A stretch of 64,000 nucleotides of DNA from Candidatus Moraniibacteriota bacterium (GTDB lineage Bacteria > Patescibacteriota > Minisyncoccia > Moranbacterales > UBA2206): positions 49,354 to 113,353 of the forward strand of contig JAAXWW010000003.1 of NCBI GenBank assembly GCA_013334765.1. Direction: 5' to 3'. The notes beneath the pieces were generated by a model. It saw only the letters and a program-made list of their open reading frames with translations, did no database searches and was not told the origin of the DNA. Shown here one piece after another: positions 9,492-18,432 of this stretch. Numbering within the stretch: the stretch's first letter is position 1; each line of letters opens with the position of its first letter. A program made the translations under genes and the position numbers.

Positions 9492-11861
9492 TTAGAATTC
9501 CAAATGAGTCCAGCCCCTCTGCTTTTCACCATTATCCCCATATTCTTCCGACCTATCGCTGATCTTTTCTAGCATCCCAAAGGGGGTATAATTTTCATCA
9601 CTGTTAATTCTAAACTGATTTCCATATTTAACTACTAACCCTCCAAAAAGACTCATTTTTTTCTTTTTTGTATTTTCCTTGCCTACATACTTCTGCAATG
9701 CCTCAGCTTTAAGTTTATTATCATCTTCGTTGTATCCGATTGCTTTAGTGTCAAAAATTCCTATTTTCCCATCTTTAAACTTAACCAAGAAATCGGGCTG
9801 GAACGTCGAACCATCTCCATATTTGATACCGAAATTCATTTCCATATGTTCATTGCCGTTCTGCCACCACCAAGAAATCTTTGACTCATTTTTTTCCAAG
9901 AAATCAATAAACTCTTCTTCGATTTTGCTATCGAAGTTCAAATATGCTTTTCCGTCTTTGGGTGATTTATATATGGATAATTTACTAGTATATGGTTTAT
10001 ACGTATTCGGGTTGTAATTTCGACTACCGGCGATTTCCCATTCTTCATTCCATTGTTCAATTTCCTCGATCTTTTTTTTCTTTTCCTTTTCCTTTATTGG
10101 TTTATATTCGCAAATAGCATTATCGAACAATTTTTCGAATTCCTCAGCATTATTCAAAACAATGTTTTGAATATAAATGATACCGCCACCAATCAGATTT
10201 ATACCTAAATATTTCTTAAACCACCTATATAATGAATTCTTCACAATAGGAATCGATCGCTTTGGCGCAAACCCGTTTAAGTTTATTTTTATGAGATTCT
10301 CAAAGACTCTCTCTTTATCATCCTGCGAAAGAAAGGCTTGGTAGTTTTCTGATGACTTTATTTTCTCATGATCAAGATGATCGAAAAGCTTGGCGTCGAT
10401 TTCTTTATTAAGAATTATTTCATCCCTTCCTTCCAAATCATCAATGACTATCTTTTTGCTGACAATTTTTTTATTTTTTTCTGCAAATCTAAATTCCAAT
10501 TTCCCTTGCGCTATGCTAAAATAATCACACAATACGGATTCCAAGGAACCATAAAAACTTGCAGTTATGTCACCAAAATCGATTCTGTTTCGATAATATG
10601 ATTTCAACTTCAATTTGTCATATTTATCCTCCCTTTTTACAAATATCGATTTGATGATATTAAGATTCGGGTCGTTTTCTTTTTTGACTTCCAGGCTTTT
10701 TACGTTGGTATACACATATGCCCGATTTAAATCATCGCTATTGTAATGTTTCGCTTCCGGCATACGCAAAATTCTTCCCACCGTCTGAATTTCAAAAACC
10801 AAACTTTTGATCTCCCTGAACCTGACTAATATTTGGGCGCGCGGACAATCCCAACCAGTATCAATCGCTTGTTTAAAAATCAAGAATTCCACATCGCTTT
10901 CGTTCGGAGTGACAAATTCTTTTTCTTGATTTATTTTCTCTTCACTCAGCCAGACAGCCAGTTTATGGTTATCATAGGTGATATCCTTACTCGCCAAAAA
11001 ACTTTCCACAAATTCCTTTTTGTCACTGCCCGCTTCACTATCCGGAATCTGGACCAAAACAAGAGGATTGATGCAAACCCCTTCACTTTCATATTGTTTT
11101 TTTATTTCCAATCTTTTCTGCCATGCGGCCTCCATAATCAATTCTTGCGAAGTAATCTCATCATCAATAATATGATCAATGTTTTCATTAACTATGATTT
11201 CCTTTTTAATCATTCCTTCATCAATCACATCCGATGACTGAACGGTAACTTTTTCGTCATATTTGCCCTCTTTCAATACCGGCGTAGCACTCATCTCAAT
11301 AGTCAACTCAGGATTTATAATTTCATCTCTGAGTTCAAAAGCTCTTTCTGCCTTGTCCCTAGAATGACTTTCATCAATAATGAGAATGATTTTCACACCG
11401 GCTTCTTTCGTTTTTTGCACCAATTCTCTGAAATTAACCGTCTCTTTGTCCCTCATGAGAACATTTTTCCATTCACCTGTTTTGCCGTCTTTGCTGCTTA
11501 GTTTTTCCCAATTGCCAACAACAACTTCATTTTTTCCAATAACCCTTCGCGAACCGAAAAACTCCTCTTCAAGCAAATATGTCAACGGGAATCCTCGGAA
11601 TTCCTTTTTGAGAACATCGAAGCTTTGTTTATGCAGACTTCCTTTTCCAGGACTCAACCATAGAAAACACAAATCTTCTTCCTGCATTTCAGCGATAAGC
11701 TGCTCGATGTATCGTGACACCATGAATGTCTTTCCGCTTCCGGTCGGTGCCTGAAAAACAATAGTCCGCTTATCTTTTTTTCCATGAAGAAGTTCCTTTG
11801 TTCGCGTCAACAATTTTTCTATGGCCGCTTCCTGATATTGTTTTGCTTGTTTAGGAATCAT
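9492..11861 (-). CDS. res: Type III restriction enzyme Res subunit (SF2 helicase plus C-terminal PD-ExK nuclease)
   Basis: Walker A VFQAPTGSGKTFM, DEAH-like LIIDESHS, and C-terminal PDFLV...IGIFDTKA nuclease motif. 5-nt gap to the upstream mod gene. Confidence 0.85.
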   Translation of the reverse strand: MIPKQAKQYQEAAIEKLLTRTKELLHGKKDKRTIVFQAPTGSGKTFMVSRYIEQLIAEMQEEDLCFLWLSPGKGSLHKQSFDVLKKEFRGFPLTYLLEEEFFGSRRVIGKNEVVVGNWEKLSSKDGKTGEWKNVLMRDKETVNFRELVQKTKEAGVKIILIIDESHSRDKAERAFELRDEIINPELTIEMSATPVLKEGKYDEKVTVQSSDVIDEGMIKKEIIVNENIDHIIDDEITSQELIMEAAWQKRLEIKKQYESEGVCINPLVLVQIPDSEAGSDKKEFVESFLASKDITYDNHKLAVWLSEEKINQEKEFVTPNESDVEFLIFKQAIDTGWDCPRAQILVRFREIKSLVFEIQTVGRILRMPEAKHYNSDDLNRAYVYTNVKSLEVKKENDPNLNIIKSIFVKREDKYDKLKLKSYYRNRIDFGDITASFYGSLESVLCDYFSIAQGKLEFRFAEKNKKIVSKKIVIDDLEGRDEIILNKEIDAKLFDHLDHEKIKSSENYQAFLSQDDKERVFENLIKINLNGFAPKRSIPIVKNSLYRWFKKYLGINLIGGGIIYIQNIVLNNAEEFEKLFDNAICEYKPIKEKEKKKKIEEIEQWNEEWEIAGSRNYNPNTYKPYTSKLSIYKSPKDGKAYLNFDSKIEEEFIDFLEKNESKISWWWQNGNEHMEMNFGIKYGDGSTFQPDFLVKFKDGKIGIFDTKAIGYNEDDNKLKAEALQKYVGKENTKKKKMSLFGGLVVKYGNQFRINSDENYTPFGMLEKISDRSEEYGDNGEKQRGWTHLEF

Positions 11862-11866
11862 ATAGC

Positions 11867-13957
11867 TTATATATTAAAGCTTTCAATTAAGGCTTGCACG
11901 TGTTTATAGAAATTCTCCGCATGTTTGAGCTCATATTCTGAATATTCTCCATGTGACGCGTGATTTCCAATTGCCAGATATGTTTTGTTTTCTTCCCACT
12001 GAACTTTGGAAAAAATATTCTCATTCTTCAGCTTATCATTAAGAATAGCAGCTTTTTCTTCCTTGGCATTTTCCTTCAGAATATTCATACCGCTTCTTTG
12101 CGCGATTTTTTGAATAGTTTTTTCGAGCACAATGCGCAGGATTCTCGCACCTTCGTCTTTCTCTTTTTCTTCAAAAATTTTGACTTTCGCCTTATCGAGA
12201 TCAGAAAAGATCGTATCAGCCTTTACTGAAACATTCATTTTGACCAGCTGCTTATATATTTCAAGGATTTTCTGAGGAATTTCCTCGATGTCAAAATCAT
12301 CGACATCATTGAAAAGACTCACATCAACTGTGCCATCCATCGAAAACATATATATTATTTTCTTGCCTTTGAGTTTTTTTATTTCTTTCAGAAAATCTTC
12401 AAAACTGTCGTCAAGAAAATTATAGTAAACGCACAGAAATTTATCTTTTTTATGAGATGAGAAAATCTTGTAATCCTCTTGTTTGGATTCCAGATTGAAT
12501 ATATTTTCTTTCACGCAAAGCATCTGTGTGCATTTTTGCGTGAGATCAACACGCACCTGATCTTTGCTCTTTGTTTTTTTAACCAAATCAGTGCGGAAAT
12601 ATTGCAAATTCCCGCCCAGCCCTTCCACTTTTTCACCGTTACCATTTTTGTTATACCCATTGATAACTTTTTGCAAACGAGGATATGTCACTTCTTCGCA
12701 AATACCATTTTCGTTGTTCGTACAAAGAATAAATTTTCTATTTCCTCCATCATCTTCATTTAATTTTAAAACTGCTTGCCCTGTAGTACCAGAACCAGCA
12801 AAAAAATCAAGAATTATAGCATTATCATTTTTTGAACAAACACGAATACAATCAACAACTGCATACAAGGATTTTGGAAATGAAAAACTGCCCGAATTTC
12901 CAATTATTTCGTCGAGAATTGAAGTTCCATGCTCACTTGCTGAATATCTAACATCATCCCAAAAACTTTTTGGCGTTTCACCTTCTAATCCTCCTTTAAA
13001 TCTAAAATATACCTGATACCCATGTTTAGTTTGTTTTACTGAAAGATCTCCATTTTTATATAATTTTTCAATATCATCTTTTCCTCTTCTCCATATTCTT
13101 TTTTGATTTTTCGTATCTATTGGCAAAATCTCAATTTCTAATTTTTTTAACGCACTAATTTCTCCTGTTTTTGGATTAAAATATATAGAATAGTATCTGT
13201 CATAAAAAGATCCGTCCTTTTTTATCGCAAGACTGTCCTGCCCCTCCTTTCTCAAATTACGTTCTTCAAACCAATTTCCTGAATCATCCTGATAATATTT
13301 GTGATTTTTATCCTTTGGATGGACAAAAAATGGAGAAACCTTCGTTTCTATGCTTTTTGCGAAAAAAATAGCATACTCATGTTGCAAAGCAACTTTCTTT
13401 TTGCTTTTTCTTCCTCCTGGATTGTTTCTAATTACAACAGTACCTAGATGATTATTTTCACCAAATATCTTATCTAATAACATCCATAGTGTTCGTAGTT
13501 CATAATCATCAATTGTTATGCAAATGATACCATCCTCTTTTAGAATATTTTTTGCAATATTTAATCGCTTTTCCATCATATTAAGCCACTTTGAATGCCT
13601 GTAACCATCATCCTCGCCTACAAATCTATTATTATATTTCCAGTCTTTTGCACCAGTGTTGTACGGCGGATCAATATAAATCACATCAATTTTTTCCTTG
13701 TGCGTATAATTCAAAACGGTGAGCGCATGATAGTTATCGCCTTCAATCAAAATATTGTCAGTCTCATCGCATGTTTTTATTTCTTTTCCCTTTACGTGCT
13801 TCAAAACCGGTAGATTATTTTCACAATCCAAAACAACCTGCTCCGGCTCACGTTCCGAATCCCAAACTAATCCATATTTTTTAGATGACAATTCTGCCTC
13901 CTGTTTTTCAACAAGCTTTAGAAGATCTTCTTTGGATAGATTTGAGTATTTATTCAT
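11867..13957 (-). CDS. mod: Type III restriction-modification Mod subunit (N6-adenine/N4-cytosine DNA methyltransferase)
   Basis: Motif IV VIYIDPPYNTG and motif I ILDFFAGSGTTGQA. 696 aa. Confidence 0.85.
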   Translation of the reverse strand: MNKYSNLSKEDLLKLVEKQEAELSSKKYGLVWDSEREPEQVVLDCENNLPVLKHVKGKEIKTCDETDNILIEGDNYHALTVLNYTHKEKIDVIYIDPPYNTGAKDWKYNNRFVGEDDGYRHSKWLNMMEKRLNIAKNILKEDGIICITIDDYELRTLWMLLDKIFGENNHLGTVVIRNNPGGRKSKKKVALQHEYAIFFAKSIETKVSPFFVHPKDKNHKYYQDDSGNWFEERNLRKEGQDSLAIKKDGSFYDRYYSIYFNPKTGEISALKKLEIEILPIDTKNQKRIWRRGKDDIEKLYKNGDLSVKQTKHGYQVYFRFKGGLEGETPKSFWDDVRYSASEHGTSILDEIIGNSGSFSFPKSLYAVVDCIRVCSKNDNAIILDFFAGSGTTGQAVLKLNEDDGGNRKFILCTNNENGICEEVTYPRLQKVINGYNKNGNGEKVEGLGGNLQYFRTDLVKKTKSKDQVRVDLTQKCTQMLCVKENIFNLESKQEDYKIFSSHKKDKFLCVYYNFLDDSFEDFLKEIKKLKGKKIIYMFSMDGTVDVSLFNDVDDFDIEEIPQKILEIYKQLVKMNVSVKADTIFSDLDKAKVKIFEEKEKDEGARILRIVLEKTIQKIAQRSGMNILKENAKEEKAAILNDKLKNENIFSKVQWEENKTYLAIGNHASHGEYSEYELKHAENFYKHVQALIESFNI

Positions 13958-13986
13958 AATATTGCAAACTTGGATAATTTCTATTT

Positions 13987-14316
13987 CTATTTTTTATTTT
14001 CTATATTTTTTAGCCTCATGTCTAAATTATCGATTCTTTTTGTAAATTTCTCATACCTCTCTGCATTATCCCTATAGTAGTCAAAAAGAAGAGGAATCAA
14101 TGCAAGAAAAAAAGCAACTATAATTATACCAGCAATCCCCATAATAAAATTTATCGCCTTATCTTGATTTTTTTCTGATCTCCTCAAGGATTTCTCTATA
14201 TCAAGCGCCTTAATTTCCAAAGCATCAAGCCTGGTAGAAGCGGGAACTGATGTTGCTTTCACAGAAACCTCACTAGACGTCGAACTTGTTGAAATTTTTT
14301 CTTTCAAATTAGACAT
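13987..14316 (-). CDS. small single-pass membrane protein with coiled-coil (cassette gene 4)
   Basis: 109 aa. Central TM helix (GIAGIIIVAFFLALIPLLF) flanked by charged helical segments. 8-nt overlap with the upstream ORF. Confidence 0.5.
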   Translation of the reverse strand: MSNLKEKISTSSTSSEVSVKATSVPASTRLDALEIKALDIEKSLRRSEKNQDKAINFIMGIAGIIIVAFFLALIPLLFDYYRDNAERYEKFTKRIDNLDMRLKNIENKK

Positions 14317-14731
14317 TATTTGCTTTTTCTAGAATCAAATAATTACTTTCGCTCAAAAGATGTTCTCCTGATTTAATTCTTATTAAATATCTCCCTTCGC
14401 TCGCAAATGGCAACCCAATAACATTGGCAACAAAATTTGCCCCTCCCCCATCCTCTTTTATTTCAATATTTCCACCTAATGAAGCAATTACCTGATTTTG
14501 AGGAGAAACAATCTCTATTTTTATATTGTAAAAATTTTTCTTTCCAATTAAGCCAATTGAAATTGCAAAAGCTGGCTGCATTGCTGGAAAATTTACAACA
14601 AATATTCTGTCAAAAATACCAATAATATTCAACTTGCCTTCTTGTGAAAAGAAAGCGTTCTCACTAATATGAACGAATTTTAATTCAATATTTGTCATAA
14701 TTTTTTTGAATTTTAAAGTTAATTTACCCAA
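14309..14731 (-). CDS. hypothetical beta-rich protein (cassette gene 3)
   Basis: 140 aa. No motif recognised. Overlaps neighbours by 8-13 nt, indicating translational coupling. Confidence 0.5.
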   Translation of the reverse strand: MGKLTLKFKKIMTNIELKFVHISENAFFSQEGKLNIIGIFDRIFVVNFPAMQPAFAISIGLIGKKNFYNIKIEIVSPQNQVIASLGGNIEIKEDGGGANFVANVIGLPFASEGRYLIRIKSGEHLLSESNYLILEKANNV

Positions 14732-15405
14732 AAGCTACTGCCGTTATCAAATCTATCCCTCTCTATGTTCAAAATTTCCGCAAAGGTACGCTTTGGTATC
14801 CATCTTTTATCTTTTTCTGCCCAATTTTTAAAGATAATTGTTCCCTTTTGATAACTAATGATATTAGAAATAACCATGCCAGCAAGCATAGAGCAAGTTC
14901 CAAAGTTTTTTACCCCCTCAAGATCGCACTGCTTCCTCAAGCCTTTATCATTAGTCAAAATTGCACAATCTGAATAATCTAACACTCCCGTTATCGTTAT
15001 TAAACTCTTATCTTCAATGGATAGATTACTTGTCCATTGGCATGAATTTTTCCAAAGCGTACCACCTCTAAGAGTGGACACCCCTTCTGTTTTAGAGTAA
15101 ATTACATTCACTGAAATGCTAGAGCCATAGAAACTATAGGAAAAATCACCATTAGCTGCCAAAAAAACAGTCCCACTCTTTCCTGAAATACAAGATGTAT
15201 TTGCTATAGACTCAACGAGTATATTTCGTTGATTATTATGTTCATAGGTAAATTCACATGAAACACACTCGGAGCTCGTAGCTGTTTTTAATCCAGCTTG
15301 CGCATAAAAAGCGTTTATTTTTTCTATTTGAATCTGATCTTCTTTTAAGGAATACCTTACTGGATCAATTCCTGATGTATCCCAAATTAAAATTTTGTTT
15401 TTCAT
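14719..15405 (-). CDS. hypothetical Cys-containing protein (cassette gene 2)
   Basis: Start moved to the internal Met (MKNKILIWD) preceded by GGTGG/AAGG. Only 4 nt after the stop of the protease gene. Confidence 0.5.
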   Translation of the reverse strand: MKNKILIWDTSGIDPVRYSLKEDQIQIEKINAFYAQAGLKTATSSECVSCEFTYEHNNQRNILVESIANTSCISGKSGTVFLAANGDFSYSFYGSSISVNVIYSKTEGVSTLRGGTLWKNSCQWTSNLSIEDKSLITITGVLDYSDCAILTNDKGLRKQCDLEGVKNFGTCSMLAGMVISNIISYQKGTIIFKNWAEKDKRWIPKRTFAEILNIERDRFDNGSSFWVN

Positions 15406-15409
15406 AACC

Positions 15410-16426
15410 TTATTTCCACCCCTGTCCAAGCACCCTCCACACAATCTGCTCCTGCGGGATATTAATAACACCCACCTGAGTTTGCTGTTGGACATTTTGC
15501 TGGACTTTTTTAAATTCCATATCGATCTCGAAATGATTACTAATTTCCGCGCTCTCAACATACGCGATCATATATTTATGTAACTCTCCACTTTTGAGTT
15601 CAATTTCAGGATTCCACATTTCAGTCATATGCATATCCCTGTTGTATCCATCATAAACCTCAGTCATCAAATCAGACATCTCCTTATCAGCATCCACGAC
15701 CGTTTTGATTCCCAAATCCTCTTTGGCTTCCTTGCGGCCGATATAGTATTGGTGAGAATATAGTTTTTCAGTCAGAAATTCGATAACCTTCTCAATTTCA
15801 TCCTCCTTAAGCGGTTGCTTATGGCTTTTGAGCAAACGCTTGGCCAGAATCTTGATCAGATTATGCGTGCGATTCACATTGCCGAGCGCTAATGGGTGAA
15901 TCGATGGGTTGCTTTCCACGAATTTGTTGAATATTTTAGTCAGTTCCTCATCGCTTTTGATGCCGAATTTATTCTTTGCCAAATCGAAATAACTCATGAC
16001 CTCTTCGACTGAAATTGGAATTCGGTTTTGTGGATTTTGCGGATCAACTGGATTGAAAACATTGGCGGTTGAAGGATCAATCGGAGAAAGTTCGGACATG
16101 TCACTCATCACAATTTCATCAGCACCAAGTGAAATCATAGTAGCCGCGCTATGGGCTTTGTATGGGATAATAACAGAAAAATGGTCGCAATACTCACGAA
16201 TCATCGAAACCAACCTCCATGGAACCATAGTATCTCCTCCCGCGCTATACAAAACAAGGTCGATTTTTTCTTGTTTGCCGATTTTGCGAAGATGGCTGCT
16301 GATGATCGGAATAATATCCATTGCCACACGCGCATTTACTGGACCTTGCCGATCGCTCGTGGCATAGGTAATAACCTTTGAACCACGCAACTGCTCGATT
16401 TTTTTTATTATTTCTTGTGTTTGCAT
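15410..16426 (-). CDS. ClpP/crotonase-fold serine protease of the SDH (serine dehydrogenase proteinase, S49-like) family (cassette gene 1)
   Basis: IDLVLYSAGGDTMVPWRLVSMIRE...IPYKAHSAATMISLGADEIVM matches the nucleophile and oxyanion regions of S49/SDH ClpP-class peptidases. 338 aa. Confidence 0.6.
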   Translation of the reverse strand: MQTQEIIKKIEQLRGSKVITYATSDRQGPVNARVAMDIIPIISSHLRKIGKQEKIDLVLYSAGGDTMVPWRLVSMIREYCDHFSVIIPYKAHSAATMISLGADEIVMSDMSELSPIDPSTANVFNPVDPQNPQNRIPISVEEVMSYFDLAKNKFGIKSDEELTKIFNKFVESNPSIHPLALGNVNRTHNLIKILAKRLLKSHKQPLKEDEIEKVIEFLTEKLYSHQYYIGRKEAKEDLGIKTVVDADKEMSDLMTEVYDGYNRDMHMTEMWNPEIELKSGELHKYMIAYVESAEISNHFEIDMEFKKVQQNVQQQTQVGVINIPQEQIVWRVLGQGWK

Positions 16427-16450
16427 AATTTTTTATAAATTATATGATAC

Positions 16451-16467
16451 GGTGATATTATATCACC
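16451..16467. promoter_or_regulatory. 17-bp palindrome GGTGATATtATATCACC overlapping a -10 box upstream of the cassette
   Basis: Minus strand reads TTGTGA-N17-TATAAT-atcaccgtatca-TATAAT-N12-ATG. The palindrome spans the first TATAAT. Confidence 0.5.
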
Positions 16468-16543
16468 ATGAAAAAATTTCACAATACCCGCATTGTTGAT
16501 ATTTTTTCCTGTACTCCCATTCTACTCCTTTTTTAACCCTAGT

Positions 16544-17002
16544 TCAAGCGAAAACAAGCACCCTTTCCAGCAGCTCATCGAAGAAAGGCTTCTTCGTTCC
16601 GCCCTCTGCCAGCCGCTCGTCATCCATCACGAAACCTTTCACGATATATTCCCTGAGTTTCTGGGTCGCCCAGATGCGGAATTGGGTGCCGCGGAGGGAT
16701 TTGACTCTATATCCTACAGAGATTATCACATCAAGATTGTAGTGTTCAATATCACGAGAAATGTGCCTATTGCCCTCTTTTTGAACTATCCGGAATTTCC
16801 GGATAGCTGGATCCTTCTCTAATTCTCCCTCGCTAAAAACATTCAGAACATGCTCATTCACTGTCCTTACGTCCTTATCGAACAGTTCCGCCATCTGCTT
16901 CTGACTGAGCCAGACAGTCTCGCCGTCAAGACTGACTTCGATTTCCGTTTTTCCGTCCTCCGTGCTATAGAGGATTACCTTGTTGTTGTTTTTATTGTCC
17001 AT
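16544..17002 (-). CDS. RhuM-family (virulence protein RhuM-like) protein, copy 1
   Basis: KVILYSTEDGKTEIEVSLDGETVWLSQKQMAELFDKDVRTVNEHVLNVF is the conserved RhuM N-terminal domain. Confidence 0.7.
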   Translation of the reverse strand: MDNKNNNKVILYSTEDGKTEIEVSLDGETVWLSQKQMAELFDKDVRTVNEHVLNVFSEGELEKDPAIRKFRIVQKEGNRHISRDIEHYNLDVIISVGYRVKSLRGTQFRIWATQKLREYIVKGFVMDDERLAEGGTKKPFFDELLERVLVFA

Positions 17003-17059
17003 TTTTATGTCTTAAGTTTTATTCCCAACCCAAAAAAGCACGATTTGCCTATCGTGCCT

Positions 17060-17094
17060 ATCATAGCAAGCGGGAGATAAAATTATTCTCAAAT
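17060..17094. repeat. ~35-bp direct repeat ATCATAGCAAGCGGGAGATAAAATTATTCTCAAAT (copy a; copy b at 17673-17707)
   Basis: Identical 35-mers sit 58-92 nt and 36-70 nt upstream of the two rhuM-like genes. Unit length is ~613 bp, indicating a tandem duplication of leader plus gene. Confidence 0.8.
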
Positions 17095-17139
17095 TTTCTT
17101 TCGGATGGCGAAAAAGGGCAGAAATCCCGCTTCTTTTCG

Positions 17140-17637
17140 CTATCGAACCATTTTGGGATCAAGCGCGATATGCGAAGGCAGAAGCATCTGGATGTCCCCG
17201 ACCGCTTTCATGAAAGCGTCGTAGTTCTTGCCGATCTGCTTGCGGTTTATGGTATAGCCCTGAATCAGATAGCTCTTTAAGACTTTATTTGCCCATTTTC
17301 TGAATTCAACTGCCCTGGAAGAATTCGTTCTGTATCCAACGCTAAGAATGACATCCAAAGCATAGGATTCGACATTTTTTGTCTGAGTTTTTCCCTTAAT
17401 TGCGCCATGCTTAGTGGTATGTGCAAATTTTGCACATACCTTGTCCTTATCAAGCTCCTTATCAGTGAAAATATTCTTAATATGCCTATTGACTACCGTT
17501 CTATCGATCCCGAAGATATCGGCAATCTGTTTTTGCGTCGCCCAGATATTTTCATGCTCGAAATCGCCCCGAAGCTCAATGGCTCCGTTCTTGGCTTGAT
17601 AGATGACTATATCGTTTTTCATTTCTTTCTTTTTCAT
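17140..17637 (-). CDS. RhuM-family protein, copy 2 (paralogue of 16544-17002)
   Basis: IVIYQAKNGAIELRGDFEHENIWATQKQIADIFGIDRTVVNRHIKNIF aligns with copy 1 and with the RhuM N-domain. Confidence 0.7.
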   Translation of the reverse strand: MKKKEMKNDIVIYQAKNGAIELRGDFEHENIWATQKQIADIFGIDRTVVNRHIKNIFTDKELDKDKVCAKFAHTTKHGAIKGKTQTKNVESYALDVILSVGYRTNSSRAVEFRKWANKVLKSYLIQGYTINRKQIGKNYDAFMKAVGDIQMLLPSHIALDPKMVR

Positions 17638-17672
17638 ATTTTTAATTTTTCATAAATAACAACCACTGTATA

Positions 17673-17707
17673 ATCATAGCAAGCGGGAGATAAAATTATT
17701 CTCAAAT
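17673..17707. repeat. direct repeat copy b (see 17060-17094)
   Basis: Same 35-mer. Overlaps the stop codon of the alkylation-repair gene. Confidence 0.8.
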
Positions 17708-18424
17708 CTTCTGTTTGAGTGCCAGGTAGTGTTGGCGCTTGGGTTCGCTGAAGCGTTCGATAGCATAGCGGAGGGCGGTGCGGGGCATCTTGGCGGCATG
17801 GGCGTCCAGGAAGGCGCATTCGATTTCTTCGCCGCACCGCTTGCCTACCTCGCGAAGCATCCAGCCGACCGCCTTGTGCATCAGGTCATGTTTGTCGCCG
17901 AGGAGCTTCTTGGCAAGCCTGAGAGTCCACTGGCTTTCGCCCTTCTTGATAAAATGGAAAGTCGCTAGGATCGAAATCCTCCGTTCCCAAAGCAGATCCG
18001 ATCCGGCGAGCGAAAGCAGGATCTTCTTGTCACGGTTCTCGAGATAGCTGCCAACAATCCTGTCAGCCGTCAGATCGACCAGGTCCCAACTGTTGATATG
18101 TTCCGTGTTGGCAAGATATGCATTGAAAATCCCTTCCTTTTTTTCCTCATCCCCTTTCTGGAACTGATCAACCATGACCAAAAGCGCGAAAAGGCGCTCT
18201 TCATGGAAGGCGGAATGAAGGAAGAAAAGGATGTCATCCATCTGGATGCCGCGGTATTTCGCGACCAGGGGGCGCGTGTCCGGAACGACGATGCCCAGGA
18301 ACTTGTCGCCCTCGCCGTATTGCCCTTTTCCAGTCTTGAAAAACCCAGCCAGAACCAGCGCTTTCTCCTTGTTCGCCAGAAGGCGCATCTCTTTTCGTAT
18401 TGCTGAAACTTTTTTGCTGTTCAT
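17702..18424 (-). CDS. DNA alkylation repair protein (AlkC/AlkD HEAT-repeat glycosylase family)
   Basis: 240 aa all-helical. N-terminal pattern ...IRKEMRLLANKEKALVLAGFFKTGKGQYGEGDKFLGI typical of the AlkD-like family. Confidence 0.65.
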   Translation of the reverse strand: MNSKKVSAIRKEMRLLANKEKALVLAGFFKTGKGQYGEGDKFLGIVVPDTRPLVAKYRGIQMDDILFFLHSAFHEERLFALLVMVDQFQKGDEEKKEGIFNAYLANTEHINSWDLVDLTADRIVGSYLENRDKKILLSLAGSDLLWERRISILATFHFIKKGESQWTLRLAKKLLGDKHDLMHKAVGWMLREVGKRCGEEIECAFLDAHAAKMPRTALRYAIERFSEPKRQHYLALKQKI

Positions 18425-18432
18425 GGGCGTAT

